From positions 1-55,960 of the forward strand of contig CAXUUL010000030.1 of the NCBI GenBank assembly GCA_964255285.1: a stretch of DNA of 55,960 nt, in the 5' to 3' direction. The position numbers were made by a program, and so were the translations under genes. The notes under the pieces were generated by a model. That model made no database searches, had not been told where the DNA came from, and was given only the letters and a program-made list of their open reading frames with translations. Shown one piece after another: positions 36,958 through 47,172 of the stretch. This stretch comes from Ionaspis alba (taxonomy: Eukaryota). Position 1 is the stretch's first letter. Every line of letters starts with the position of its first letter.

Positions 36958-38716
36958 ATGCCATTGTCTCTACTCACAGCCCATGATGCTACTGATCATG
37001 TCCATCTCATCGTTGGATCGAATCCTCTCGCCAACGCCAGATGTGCTAAGAGCATCGAGGTCGGAGCGAAGCCTATAGTTGTTGCGCCAGCTGATGCGCA
37101 AGTCCACTATGCTCTGCAGAAGAAGATCGATGACGGAAATGTCCAATGGGTGCAAAGGGCATTTGAAGATGCAGATCTCAAAACAATGGGGAGGGGAGAT
37201 GTTGAGAATGTTGTGGATGCCGTCTTTGTGACATTAGGTGGAAAACACCCTACAAGTACGAAATTTTGGGACTTTACTCTGCAACCTCAATTGACCACTA
37301 CATTCAGGTACACATATTTCCACCCTGTGCCGAAGACTACGCATTCCAGTCAACGTCACCGATGCTCCCAATCTATGCACATTCACCTTGCTGTCGACTC
37401 ATTCAGATGGACCTCTCCAGATAGGTATCACAACATCAGGCAAAGGGTGCAAGCTAGCCTCACGCATACGGCGGGATGTCGCTGCCTCGCTCCCACCAAA
37501 CTTCGGAGCAGCAATTGATCGGTTGGGTAGTATGCGCCGCAGAATATGGGAGGAAGATCATCGACAGCACGAGCTCGCGGATCCTGCGCCGGACAATTCG
37601 GACGACGAAAGTACAGGTCAGAAGTCGACGTTCAATCAATTGATCAGCGAGTCGGATCACAATGCTGCCAAGACTCGAAGAATACGGTGGCTTTCTCAGA
37701 TCTGCGAGTACTGGCCATTGAAAAGGTTGGCTGCTATCACGGACGCGGACATCGACACCGTTCTGAGATCCTATACAACCCCTGACTCGGGAATCTCGTC
37801 TTCGCTTTCACCGTTGTCCAATGGGTCGAAAGATACTTTCCAGTTGCCGTCAAAACCTCTCATCATCTTAGCCGGTTCCGGACCCGGCTCGCCCGATCTC
37901 CTAACTCTCGCCACCCACCGCGCCATTCAATCCGCCTCGATAATCCTTGCGGACAAGCTCGTCCCAGCACCTGTCCTCGACCTCATCCCTCGTCGTACAC
38001 CCATCCACATAGCTCGCAAATTCCCTGGTAACGCCGACGCCGCGCAACAAGAGCTGCTCGAACTTGGCCTCGAGGCACTGAAGAAAGGAATGACAGTCCT
38101 CAGATTGAAACAGGGTGATCCCTACATTTACGGACGGGGTGGAGAGGAGTACTCCTTTTTCCGAGAGCAAGGTTATACTCCAATGGTTCTACCTGGAATC
38201 ACAAGCTCGCTCTCAGCACCGTTGTTTGCCGCTATCCCACCAACACACAGGAGCGTCGCAGATCAAGTCCTCATCTGCACTGGTACAGGGAGAAAGGGAG
38301 CTGCGCCATCGCCACCACCATATGTCAAGACGCAAACGGTCGTCTTCCTGATGGCACTTCATCGCCTGTCGTCACTTATCGACTCCATTACGGGTTCCGG
38401 CCCTCTGGATGCATCCTCAGATTCTCTACCAAACCCCTCTCCGTGGCCGAAGAATACTCCCTGTGCAGTCATTGAAAGGGCGTCCTGTCCTGATCAGCGT
38501 GTCATCCGAAGTACACTGCAGCATGTCGTTGCGGCTGTTGAGGAAGAGGGAAGTCGGCCGCCAGGACTCCTGGTAGTTGGTTGGAGCTGCGAGGTCTTGA
38601 AGGAGACTGGGGGTGCCAAATGGCTTCTGGAGGAAGGTTTTGCTGGGTTTGCGGAATTAGTTGCAGAGCCGCAGAGCATGATGCAGATGATGGAGGACGT
38701 GAAGGTGGCTGTATGA
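36958..38716 (+). CDS. MET1: Uroporphyrinogen-III C-methyltransferase (siroheme biosynthesis, fungal Met1 type)
   Basis: SLLTAH..HLIVGSNPLA, then the tetrapyrrole methylase motifs LAGSGPGSPDLLT, LRLKQGDPYIYGRGGEE, LPGITSSL and VIERASCPDQR. One intron near 37256-37307. Confidence 0.92.
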
Positions 38717-38881
38717 ATCATTGAATGATTGTGTCATGAAAATGGCATCGTTGGAATATTCTGATATCGTTCACAAATTTCGAGAGTGTTTTTCTTGTAT
38801 ATACGTTTCTATCCGCAAAGAAGGTCCCGGTCTCCAAACGTCACCTTTCGCACTGCACCGGGGATATTCCGAGAGCATACT

Positions 38882-40123
38882 TTACAGATCTGACCGCTTT
38901 CTAGCCCTTTCTGTAACCACTCCTCTCAATCCCATCAACCCCAACCACACCGCCTCCTCAGTCCTAATCGTCCGACTCCCTTGCCCCGGACAAAGGTCGA
39001 CCCACCAATCAAACAGCTTCTCCGGCTCTTTGACGCCTATGCTTACTAATTCCTGATCCGCCTTCACCGCCACCTCCAGCCCCGCAACGCCTCCGAAAAC
39101 AACCAGCATATGTTCATACTCAGGTACAGCGGATTCATCAGCGGTAAGAGAGGAAAGCGGCCTCCCTCTTTCTGATGTCCCGACCGTGAAATCGTAACCA
39201 CCAGGGAAGGTGCACTCCGTCAAGACAGCCGAAAGTGAAGCGGCAGTCCGCACAGCATAACCCCAGTAGTATCCAGCCTCCTCGCGAGGAGCAGACGGCG
39301 CAACGGGGTCGGCCGTGAGGGACATGTGGGCAAGATCGGGAGGAGCGTTCGCGGTGGGGAATTTCAGCGTCACCCGTGTATAGGGCGGGATGTCTGCTGC
39401 AACCGAGACTGGCTGGGGGAGACCGACGTCCACGAGTGTAGCGGTAGTGGGATCATCGCTGGTAGATTTGCGCTTCTTTTGCTTTGAGATCTGGGCCGAG
39501 GGAGCGTGCTTTTCGAGCGTCACACCTTCTCGGTACTGACACCATTCGTGAGCTCGTAGGTGGTGCGGCATGTCGAGACTCGGCAATGTACCTGCAGTAC
39601 GGAGGTCTGGATGAAGTGGGAAGAGGTTCTTGCGGAGGTGGGGCGGGGTTTCGAGGTAGGCGAGGAGGTGGGAGAGGAAGTAATTTGGGTCGGAGTAGCC
39701 TGTGTATTCGGATGTGGTTGAGGCATGCTGCAGACATGATTGGTGAGATTGGTGGTTCCTGGGGGTGGAGGCTTGGCCATCGTCAAAGATAACGATTTCG
39801 TCGACGCAGAAGACGGCTAGGGCGCGGGCGATTTGGCCTGCTAGAGAGGTTTTGAGGTCGTGGGACTGAGCACTGAGAGAGTCTTGCGTCAGTCGGCAAA
39901 GAAGCAGCGGTAGACGAGTGGTTTACTTGGATATTATGCTGCCAGGTAGGGCAATGCTCAGGGTATATTTGCGTCCGCAGGAGGGAGAGAAAATAGCTGT
40001 CGGCTTGCTGGTGTCGACAGATATCTCGGCCGCAGATCCGGTTTCCCGCTTTCGTTTCTGTATGACTTAGCGCTACAGCTTTACTCGGGGTGGGCACCTT
40101 ACCTTCGTATTAGTTGGACCCAT
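38882..40123 (-). CDS. SPOUT-family RNA methyltransferase (SPOUT1/C9orf114, DUF171-like)
   Basis: Spliced MGPTNTK|KRKR..TLSIALPGSIISN|AQSHDLKTSLAGQIARALAVFCVDEIVIFDD..YLETPPHLRK..GYYWGY..GTSERG..PGQGSRTIRTEEA. Confidence 0.9.
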
Positions 40124-40329
40124 TGCAATTGCAACGGCATTGGACGGAGAAATTCCATTGGTGGGGTGGGTGGTGATTGAACCATTGGCAGAATACTGAA
40201 ATAGAGTCAAAAATAAGGTTTAGCTGCATAAACAGTGCAGTGTGGCTTTAGGGATCTATCACCTCGAACACTGGTCCACTAGTCAATCTCGAACTTTTGG
40301 ACCACTTATCTTGTAGACAACCGTACAAA

Positions 40330-40788
40330 ATGAGCTCAGGAAAAAAGCCATCGAAGCCCATCGCAAAGCCATATGTCTCTGACGGCCGAGTTCTTTCCGG
40401 GTGAGTAAGACGGTAATGAACCTATCATTTCCCTCTAACTTCCTACAACAGCCCGCCACTATCAGTCCGTTTCCGTGGCTTCGTCGACAGAGCTATCGTC
40501 TTTCTTGGTCTCTACATAACCACACTCTTCTCTGTAAGATCCAGAATCATTATGATAACAGGAGACTTGGCTGATCCGTCCAATAAGTTGGATGCATATG
40601 CCGCAGGTTTGGTGTCTGCCTACAATGTAAACAATCGGGTAAAGGACGGGACACGAACAGGCAAAGGGTTTTTTGGAGGAGGAGGATCTGGTGGAGGTGG
40701 GCCTGGACCTGGGAGTGGTCGTCCAGGTGGTAGGAAACTGGGTAAGGTGGACGATGTTCGGGGTGCAGAATGCAAGAGCTGTGGCTGA
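40330..40788 (+). CDS. Small single-TM glycine-rich protein, SelK/SelG-family-like with Cys C-terminus
   Basis: Exons 40330-40400, 40452-40533 and 40588-40788 give 117 aa: ..PYVSDGRVLSGPPLSVRFRGFVDRAIVFLGLYITTLFSLDAY..GGGGPGPGSGRPGGRKLGKVDDVRGAECKSCG*. Confidence 0.75.
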
Positions 40789-41217
40789 AAGGCAGGGGAA
40801 GAACATAGCAGGCGGGTGCTGGCTTTCAGAAGTGACTCTATATGTACCTTGGAGTTTACGGGGAAGGAGTACTGACTGGACCTTTGTGGATCTTCCGGGT
40901 GATCGTTAGACAAGGGATTCGAGGTCATTGTTTATTGAACCTCGACCGAGAATAAAAATGTGTTCTCTCGAAAATTCCTGATTATATCGCCCATATATGT
41001 GCAGGTTTCATGATAGCGATGAACGAAAAACAGTAGTTGAGTGTGGGCCCTAAGTAGTGGACTGCTCGAGGAACAAGACCCATTCTCGAGGGGAGAACAA
41101 GCTCTTCGAGATCAGATTCTGTTCATGTCTCGCCATCTGACCCACCATTCGTAACGTTTTTTAACGCATGGTCTTGTCATTGCATTACAATTTGACAGTA
41201 CCTTAACTTTGATAAGA

Positions 41218-42570
41218 ATGTCGGAGTCCAATGAGACCAATAGCAAAGGTGCAGGCTCTGAACAGATTGGTAATACTTCATGTATGCTTGCTGAACTCTT
41301 TGTATCTTGTTCCGTTCGGCGTTGTCGTTTCTCTTCCTCGTCATCTGGCTGGCGATGTTGTTGCAGTGCAGTCGAGACTCCCAAATAAGTTGATCAACTA
41401 GTTGTTACTCTTCCATTATTCATTCAGATATATTGATGCCTCTCATCCTGATTTTTCCCAGCAAATCCCGAGAATACCGAAGCTCTTCCCACGCAAGAAG
41501 AATGGCTAGGCCTGATCTCCCAAGCCCAACGAAGGCTTCCATCTACGGATCAAGTCTACAATGCTCCGGAGCCGGGGACGATTGAATTCGCTCAGTATAT
41601 TGACCACACGTTGCTGAAGCTGGACGCCACTAAGGAGCAGATTGATCAACTATGCGACGAAGCTAAGAAGTACCAATTCAAAGTATGCCGCTTTGCAAAC
41701 TGCTCCCGGAAAAAATGTGACACGCTTCTTGCTAAGATTCCGGAAAGTCCGTCTGCGTTCGTCTACCATGGGTCTCGCACGCCGTCTCCCTCCTTCACGA
41801 CAGCTCCGTCATCGTCGCTTGTGTCATAGGTTTTCATGAAGGTACGCATGCCACAGCGGAAAAGGTAGTGTAAGTCCTGCCTCTTTTTCTTGATGGCTCA
41901 TCGATTGTATCAGCTCAACAAAGAGTCATAGTGAAACACAGCAGGCCCTTCAAGCCGGCGCCTTGGAGCTAGACATGGTGCTCAACCATCCTCTGCTCGC
42001 CTCCAAAGCTTATCAATCCGTGCACGCCGACATTCTTGCCGTCCGAAATGCAGCACCGCCACCAACAGTGCTGAAAGTCATTCTCGAGACTTCGCAGCTA
42101 TCCAGGGAAGATATCATCGCAGGTTGCGTGATTGCAAAAGCTGCTGGTGCAGATTTCGTGAAGACGAGCACAGGGTTCTGTGGGGCAGGAGCGACTGCGG
42201 AGAATGTAGCGTTGATGAAGGCAGTTGTTGGAGATCAGATCGCAGTCAAGGCTAGCGGAGGAGTAAGGACAGCGGAGGACTGTGTGCGGATGATGGAGGC
42301 AGGGGCTGGAAGGATAGGGGCTAGTGCTGGTGTGGCGATTATGCGGGNNNNNNNNNNNNNNNNNNNNNNNNNNNNNNNNNNNNNNNNNNNNNNNNNNNNN
42401 NNNNNNNNNNNNNNNNNNNNNNNNNNNNNNNNNNNNNNNNNNNNNNNATGGAGGCAGGGGCTGGAAGGATAGGGGCTAGTGCTGGTGTGGCGATTATGCG
42501 GGAGGGGAAACAACAAAAGGTGAATGAGCACGACGACAAAGATAACAAGATCACCGAAAATGGATACTGA
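41218..42570 (+). CDS. deoC: Deoxyribose-phosphate aldolase (DERA), spans an assembly gap
   Basis: IDHTLLK, ACVIGFHEG, ELDMV, LKVILETS, FVKTSTGF, VKASGGVR and RIGAS. Probable first exon 41218-41269 with intron 41270-41461. Ends ..ENGY* at 42570 once the duplicated gap flank is collapsed. Confidence 0.92.
42293..42502. repeat. Identical 55-bp direct duplication flanking a 100-N gap (42348-42447); assembly overlap artefact
   Basis: 42293-42347 equals 42448-42502 (atggaggcaggggctggaagg...attatgcggg). Confidence 0.9.
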
Positions 42571-42876
42571 TCGTAAAACTGTGGAGAGTCTCAAACTGTG
42601 GCCTTGAGGACTAGAATGATAAAGGACTCCTTGTCATGAGTGATTTGCAATCACACAAGAAATTAGGTATTCTGTGATTCGTATTTTGACACCGAAGATT
42701 TTGAATCTTCCACCGCCATCTTGGTCTAAGGTAAGCAGCCAAACACCCAAGCAGTATGCAGAGCCATGATCTCTCCGAATGCTGCCGCTGTCATGAAATT
42801 GTCTAGACACCGATGCCATGCATTGTAAATTATGGACATTGCCCCAACGCCAGACAGAAATGTAGCTCGAGTAATA

Positions 42877-44165
42877 CTAAACCCCCAGCGATTCTGATAT
42901 TGTTCGGTCCTCCTTCGCAATCACGTTCTGCTTCTGGCTAGCACGTTTCTTAAGCACGTTCTCTATGAACGCTTCACCTGCTTTATACGAACTTCTGACC
43001 AAGGGCCCACTAGCACAGTAGAGGAAGCCCATATCAAGAGCTCTGTCCCGCCATAGGTCGAAGGTAGCTGGGGTGACGTATTCGTGTACTCTCATGTGTT
43101 GTTTGGTCGGACGCATGTATTGTCCAAATGTTACAACATCGACATCAATCTTTCGCAATGCTGTGACTTGATCAGTGACGATATAGCCAAACGACCGAGC
43201 TTTCAGATCGTACCTTTCAATGTTTCCCAGAGCTGCTCCTCAGTCTCGCCCAGTCCTAGCATTATACTCGTCTTTGTGATCAATCGTCCCTGACTAGCTT
43301 TCTTCGCCTTGTCTAGAACTCTCAAGCTCTGTCGGAACCCAGCTCTTCGATCTCGAACCATCGGCGTCAGCTCCTCAACAGTCTCAACATTGTGCGCATA
43401 GACGTCCAATCCGCTTTGAGCAACACGCTCGACCATGTCTAGATCTCCAGCATAATCTCCAGTCAGAGCTTCCACAAGCATACTCGGCGCTTTCTGTTTT
43501 ATCTTCATGATCGTTTCCGCGAAGTGTGAAGCCCCTCCATCCGCCAAATCATCCCTGTCCACAGAGGTCAGAACGACATAACCTAGTCCCCATCTCGAAA
43601 GTGCTTCTGCGGTATGTTCTGGCTCATGAGGATCGAGTGGTGGAGGAGCACGAGACGTCTTGACAGAGCAGAAACGGCATCCTCGAGTGCAGGTGTCCCC
43701 CATCAGCATGATTGTGGCTGTTGCTGCAGCTTTGTCGTTTCCGCCCCAACAATCCGAGATGTTGGGACACCGTGCCTCTTCGCACACCGTATGCAGATTC
43801 AATCCCCGCAAGTCCGACTTGATCTTTTTGTAATTGGAGTTGTCCGGTATGGGAGTTTTGAGCCAGTCAGGGAGGCGTGTGATCTCTTTCTTCTTGCCTG
43901 CGGGGCCAACCAGGACGGTACGGAGTTCGAGGGCTTCTGAGGATGGGAGCTGTGAGGACGGAGTGGGAACAAAGGAAGAAAATGAGGGCCCACTATTCAG
44001 ACGATCTTGGAATGTTGTACGAGGTCGAGTAGTTGTTTGGTCCGTTGCTGATGGTTCGGAGGCAGCGGTGGCGAGTGTTCGGGAGATTGGCGAGACGAGA
44101 CCGTGGAAGGTATGCCTAGGAGATAAAGCGGAAATATACCGCAGTCTAGGAGCTTTCGTAGCCAT
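42877..44165 (-). CDS. LIP5: Mitochondrial lipoyl synthase (radical SAM)
   Basis: [41 protein letters not shown] and [12 protein letters not shown]. Intron 43213-43161. Confidence 0.96.
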
Positions 44166-44568
44166 TGCGGAGACGAGTAAAATATACGTGGAGGAGGGCG
44201 CCTGGACTGGAGTGAAACTAATTCCTCGAGATCCAACAGTAATTCAAATATGACGCTTTATGCGGGTGCGACTATTAACGGCTTTGGGGCTAGATCAGAA
44301 ATGGAAAGGTCAGCTCAATTGCTTTGAACCCTATCTCTTCCGCGCCTCCAAAACGCGATCAAACCTTGAGCTGTGACGATTCAACCTCTTATCACGAAGA
44401 CGTTCGCTTTCTATAGGGACAGAGCAGTATGATATATACACAACAGCAGCTTTGACTACGGATTGCCATCTAGTGTTCCTTCGCCTCCCCAACCACCCCA
44501 ATTCGTCAGTCGTTTTGCTTCCTGGTACCACGAGAGTCAACTCATTAGGAAGATGGCTTCCATGCCAA

Positions 44569-45455
44569 TTAGAAAGGCAGATTCATTTCTTCGACACCCG
44601 GTTCTTGCTCATTGATCTTACTCCCACTCTCGTCAAGACAGCTTTTGATGAATCCCACAGCGGTCTCTACCCAGATCTTTTGACTAGGCACAAAATGCCC
44701 TCCCGGATGCGTTATTGTCCTCTCTTCTGATTTCTCACAAGACCCGATCAACAGCTTCCCTCTCTGTTCATCCAACACAGTATCTAGACTTCCCACAAAA
44801 TGTAGCACAGGTGTCTTGATCTTCGGTTCGTAGAAGCCAGAGTAAAGGTCGAAAGGGGCAGCAAATCCGGAATAGATAATTGCAAATTTCAAAGGCGGCT
44901 GTATGGGCTCTTGGTTTCGTTTTACAAAGCACGAGGGATAGAGGAACTTTCCACTCTCCTTGGCTCCTGCTGCTTCGAAGCTTTGGCGTCTCCCGGTTTC
45001 AAGCAGAGCGGCCACCATTGCTGCAATTGCCCCGCCTTGCGAAAAACCTATGGCACCATCAAAAGGGCCCTCAGCTTGGATAGTCTCCGCGACTCGTTGC
45101 AGCCCTCGATCAATGCCTTGGTACACTGGAGCTCCCTCTTTTCGCTGCCACCAACCGAAAGCTTCTGCCTCCTCCGGGTTGGCGCCATTGGACATCTCAG
45201 AAGCACTGGATCCAGGAACATCACCTGGTCGAAGGGCGATAGGTCCAGTAGGATAGTGTAGCGTAGAGCAAGGAAAGGCCTTCATGAGACTCTTCTCTAG
45301 CGCTCGGGTCTTTGCATGGAAAAGCGTGCCAGATTGAGTGTAGCCTGATAAATATTGTATCAATAAGATCTGCAGCGAAAATTTCTGTGGAATAGTATGG
45401 AATGATTACCATGAAGCATCAGAATCTTCAACCCTCTGGCCTTTTCCGCGGACAT
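44569..45455 (-). CDS. FSH1/OVCA2-family serine hydrolase
   Basis: LKILMLHG|YTQSG (intron 45409-45345), GPFDGAIGFSQGG, HFVGSLD and HPGGHFVP. Confidence 0.9.
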
Positions 45456-45920
45456 TTTTGGTATACCAGAGTTGATTAAAGGTGACAAATCGCCTCTGGA
45501 GTCTATCTACAATGAAAACCCAGATGGAAGAGTGAGCTGGCCGCCGAAGTAGTGTTACAGTCTATAGTCAACGCCAGACACTCTATTGAATTTACAAACT
45601 CCGAGGAGTTCGCGAGTTTTCAACATGATTTATTCTTATAGTGCAATTGTTGCTTGCTAGTGGAGTATGAGACTGACGAAGGGGTGGTAGAACGGCAATA
45701 TACGAGTACACGAGGATATATCGGTGGTTCTGAACAATGGCCACTGAGTAGACCATTTGATATGGTTGTCTGACCTTCTATTGTTACGGAATTTCTAGAA
45801 CAGCGGTAGAGCCGTTACCCATCAGACCCCCTGTCTAGCTTGCTTGCCGTTATGGGCAGGCTGCCGGACTCTCGTCGTCAGCTTTACGTGGTAGAGCTCA
45901 TCGGACAATGATAGAGCACC

Positions 45921-46734
45921 TCAGTGTGACAGCACAGTTTCCAACATTTCCATAAATGTCCCATCCCTTTCGTCTGATCCTTCCCTTACATATCCAGAAA
46001 ACCAGGTAGATTTTGGGGAAGGCTCGATCAGGTTATCGCCATACATTGCAGAGATGGGGATTGTCCGAACGCTGCGCTCTAAGTCAATAATTTCGCACAT
46101 TTCCCGAAGGTTAACATACTGTTTTGAATCCACTCCCCTCATGCGCAACATTGTAGCTGTGTCCCCTACAATTCTGTGGAAACTATCCTCAGACCAGTCC
46201 AGCTTGTCCCTATATTCCAGGTTTGTGAGCGAATCATCACACCTCGTTAAGCACAATATAGATAACCTACATCTTATTGACTACCACAGTGAGATCTTTG
46301 GCACGCCTTAACGCTCCCTTGTCGGCAGCAGCATCTTGGTTCCTTCCACCTTCCTCTAGAGCCTGCAGAGGGATACTTGCATCTATGATGTAGATAACAT
46401 AATCGGCATCACCACTCACTGTGGTTGTGTCAGCTCGCTGAAAGACACGAAGCTTGGCAAATGACCTTACTATTGAGCTTAACGGTACATTTCCTAGATT
46501 GAAAAGTGAGTGGCACGCGACTCTCGTTGAAATATTCCACGACCTTGTCATAAGCGGCAACACCATCTTTCTGCATTTTCTCCAACATTAACATATCGAC
46601 TCCTCCACACTGATCATGTATCAGCCCGTAAGACGAGAACTGGTACTGATCACGATTACTTTGTACATCAAATTGCCCACAAATGTCCTCTTCCCTGCAC
46701 CGTCAGGTCCAATAACTCTGACAATTTTTGACAT
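45921..46734 (-). CDS. Stand-alone, divergent eEF1A/HBS1-like G-domain protein (~200 aa; probable pseudo-GTPase)
   Basis: Exons 46734-46660, 46609-46471, 46418-46271, 46209-46120 and 46071-45921 splice into an open 603-nt frame: MSKIVRVIGPDGAGKRTFVGNLMYKCGGVD..LEKMQK..ADYVIYIIDAS..LTVVVNKMDKLDWSEDSFHRIV..VRTIPISAMYGDNLIEPSPKSTWFSGY..GTFMEMLE. This is colinear with eEF1A domain I. Confidence 0.78.
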
Positions 46735-46873
46735 TGTATGCAGCAAAGAGCCAAAAGATCGAAGAATCGATATATTATATGTATATTGCCGTAAGTCATA
46801 TATCAAATATCTATGTAGGCGTATTGGCCTACTGATAGTTACCAGCTATACGAAATTTTAGACGAGGAGGCCC

Positions 46874-46882
46874 GTCACGTGA
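46874..46882. promoter_or_regulatory. Palindromic E-box (GTCACGTGA) in shared divergent promoter
   Basis: TCACGTGA at 46875-46882, between the two divergent ATGs (46734 and 47173). Confidence 0.3.
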
Positions 46883-47172
46883 GTAGGGCGGTAATTGCGC
46901 GCTAAACCTCATCAAACCCCGGCCAGCGCAGAAGGCTGATTTGTGTAACCCCAGGTCCATATTTTGGGGCAAATGACGGGCTGTGTACTGGCCCCTCAGT
47001 TGTTCGACGGTTTTCATGTGGTCCATGGGCGCCTATGGGCACTCAGCATTACCCCTCAAGTCAACGTTCCTTTTGATCCAACTCTGCTTCCACATTGATT
47101 GTATTTGCCCAGTTATTTGGGATCGTACTGTTTAACACTATCCTTGGTCCATAAATTTAGACAACGCACCAC

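Noticed and set aside
40786..41050. TGA of the SelK-like gene as selenocysteine, with a SECIS near 41010 (ATGATagcgatgaacgAAAAAcagtagttGAGT)
   Set aside because: The stem pairing is poor and too short. The Cys already occupies the Sec-equivalent position, and ascomycetes lack the Sec machinery.
1..44165. Macrodomain + LIP5 + LAT1 as a lipoylation/ADP-ribosylation (SirTM-type) system
   Set aside because: The macrodomain has the ordinary GGGGV loop rather than the Zn-macro Cys/His motif. No sirtuin or GcvH-like gene is visible, and the genes are 20-40 kb apart among unrelated housekeeping genes.
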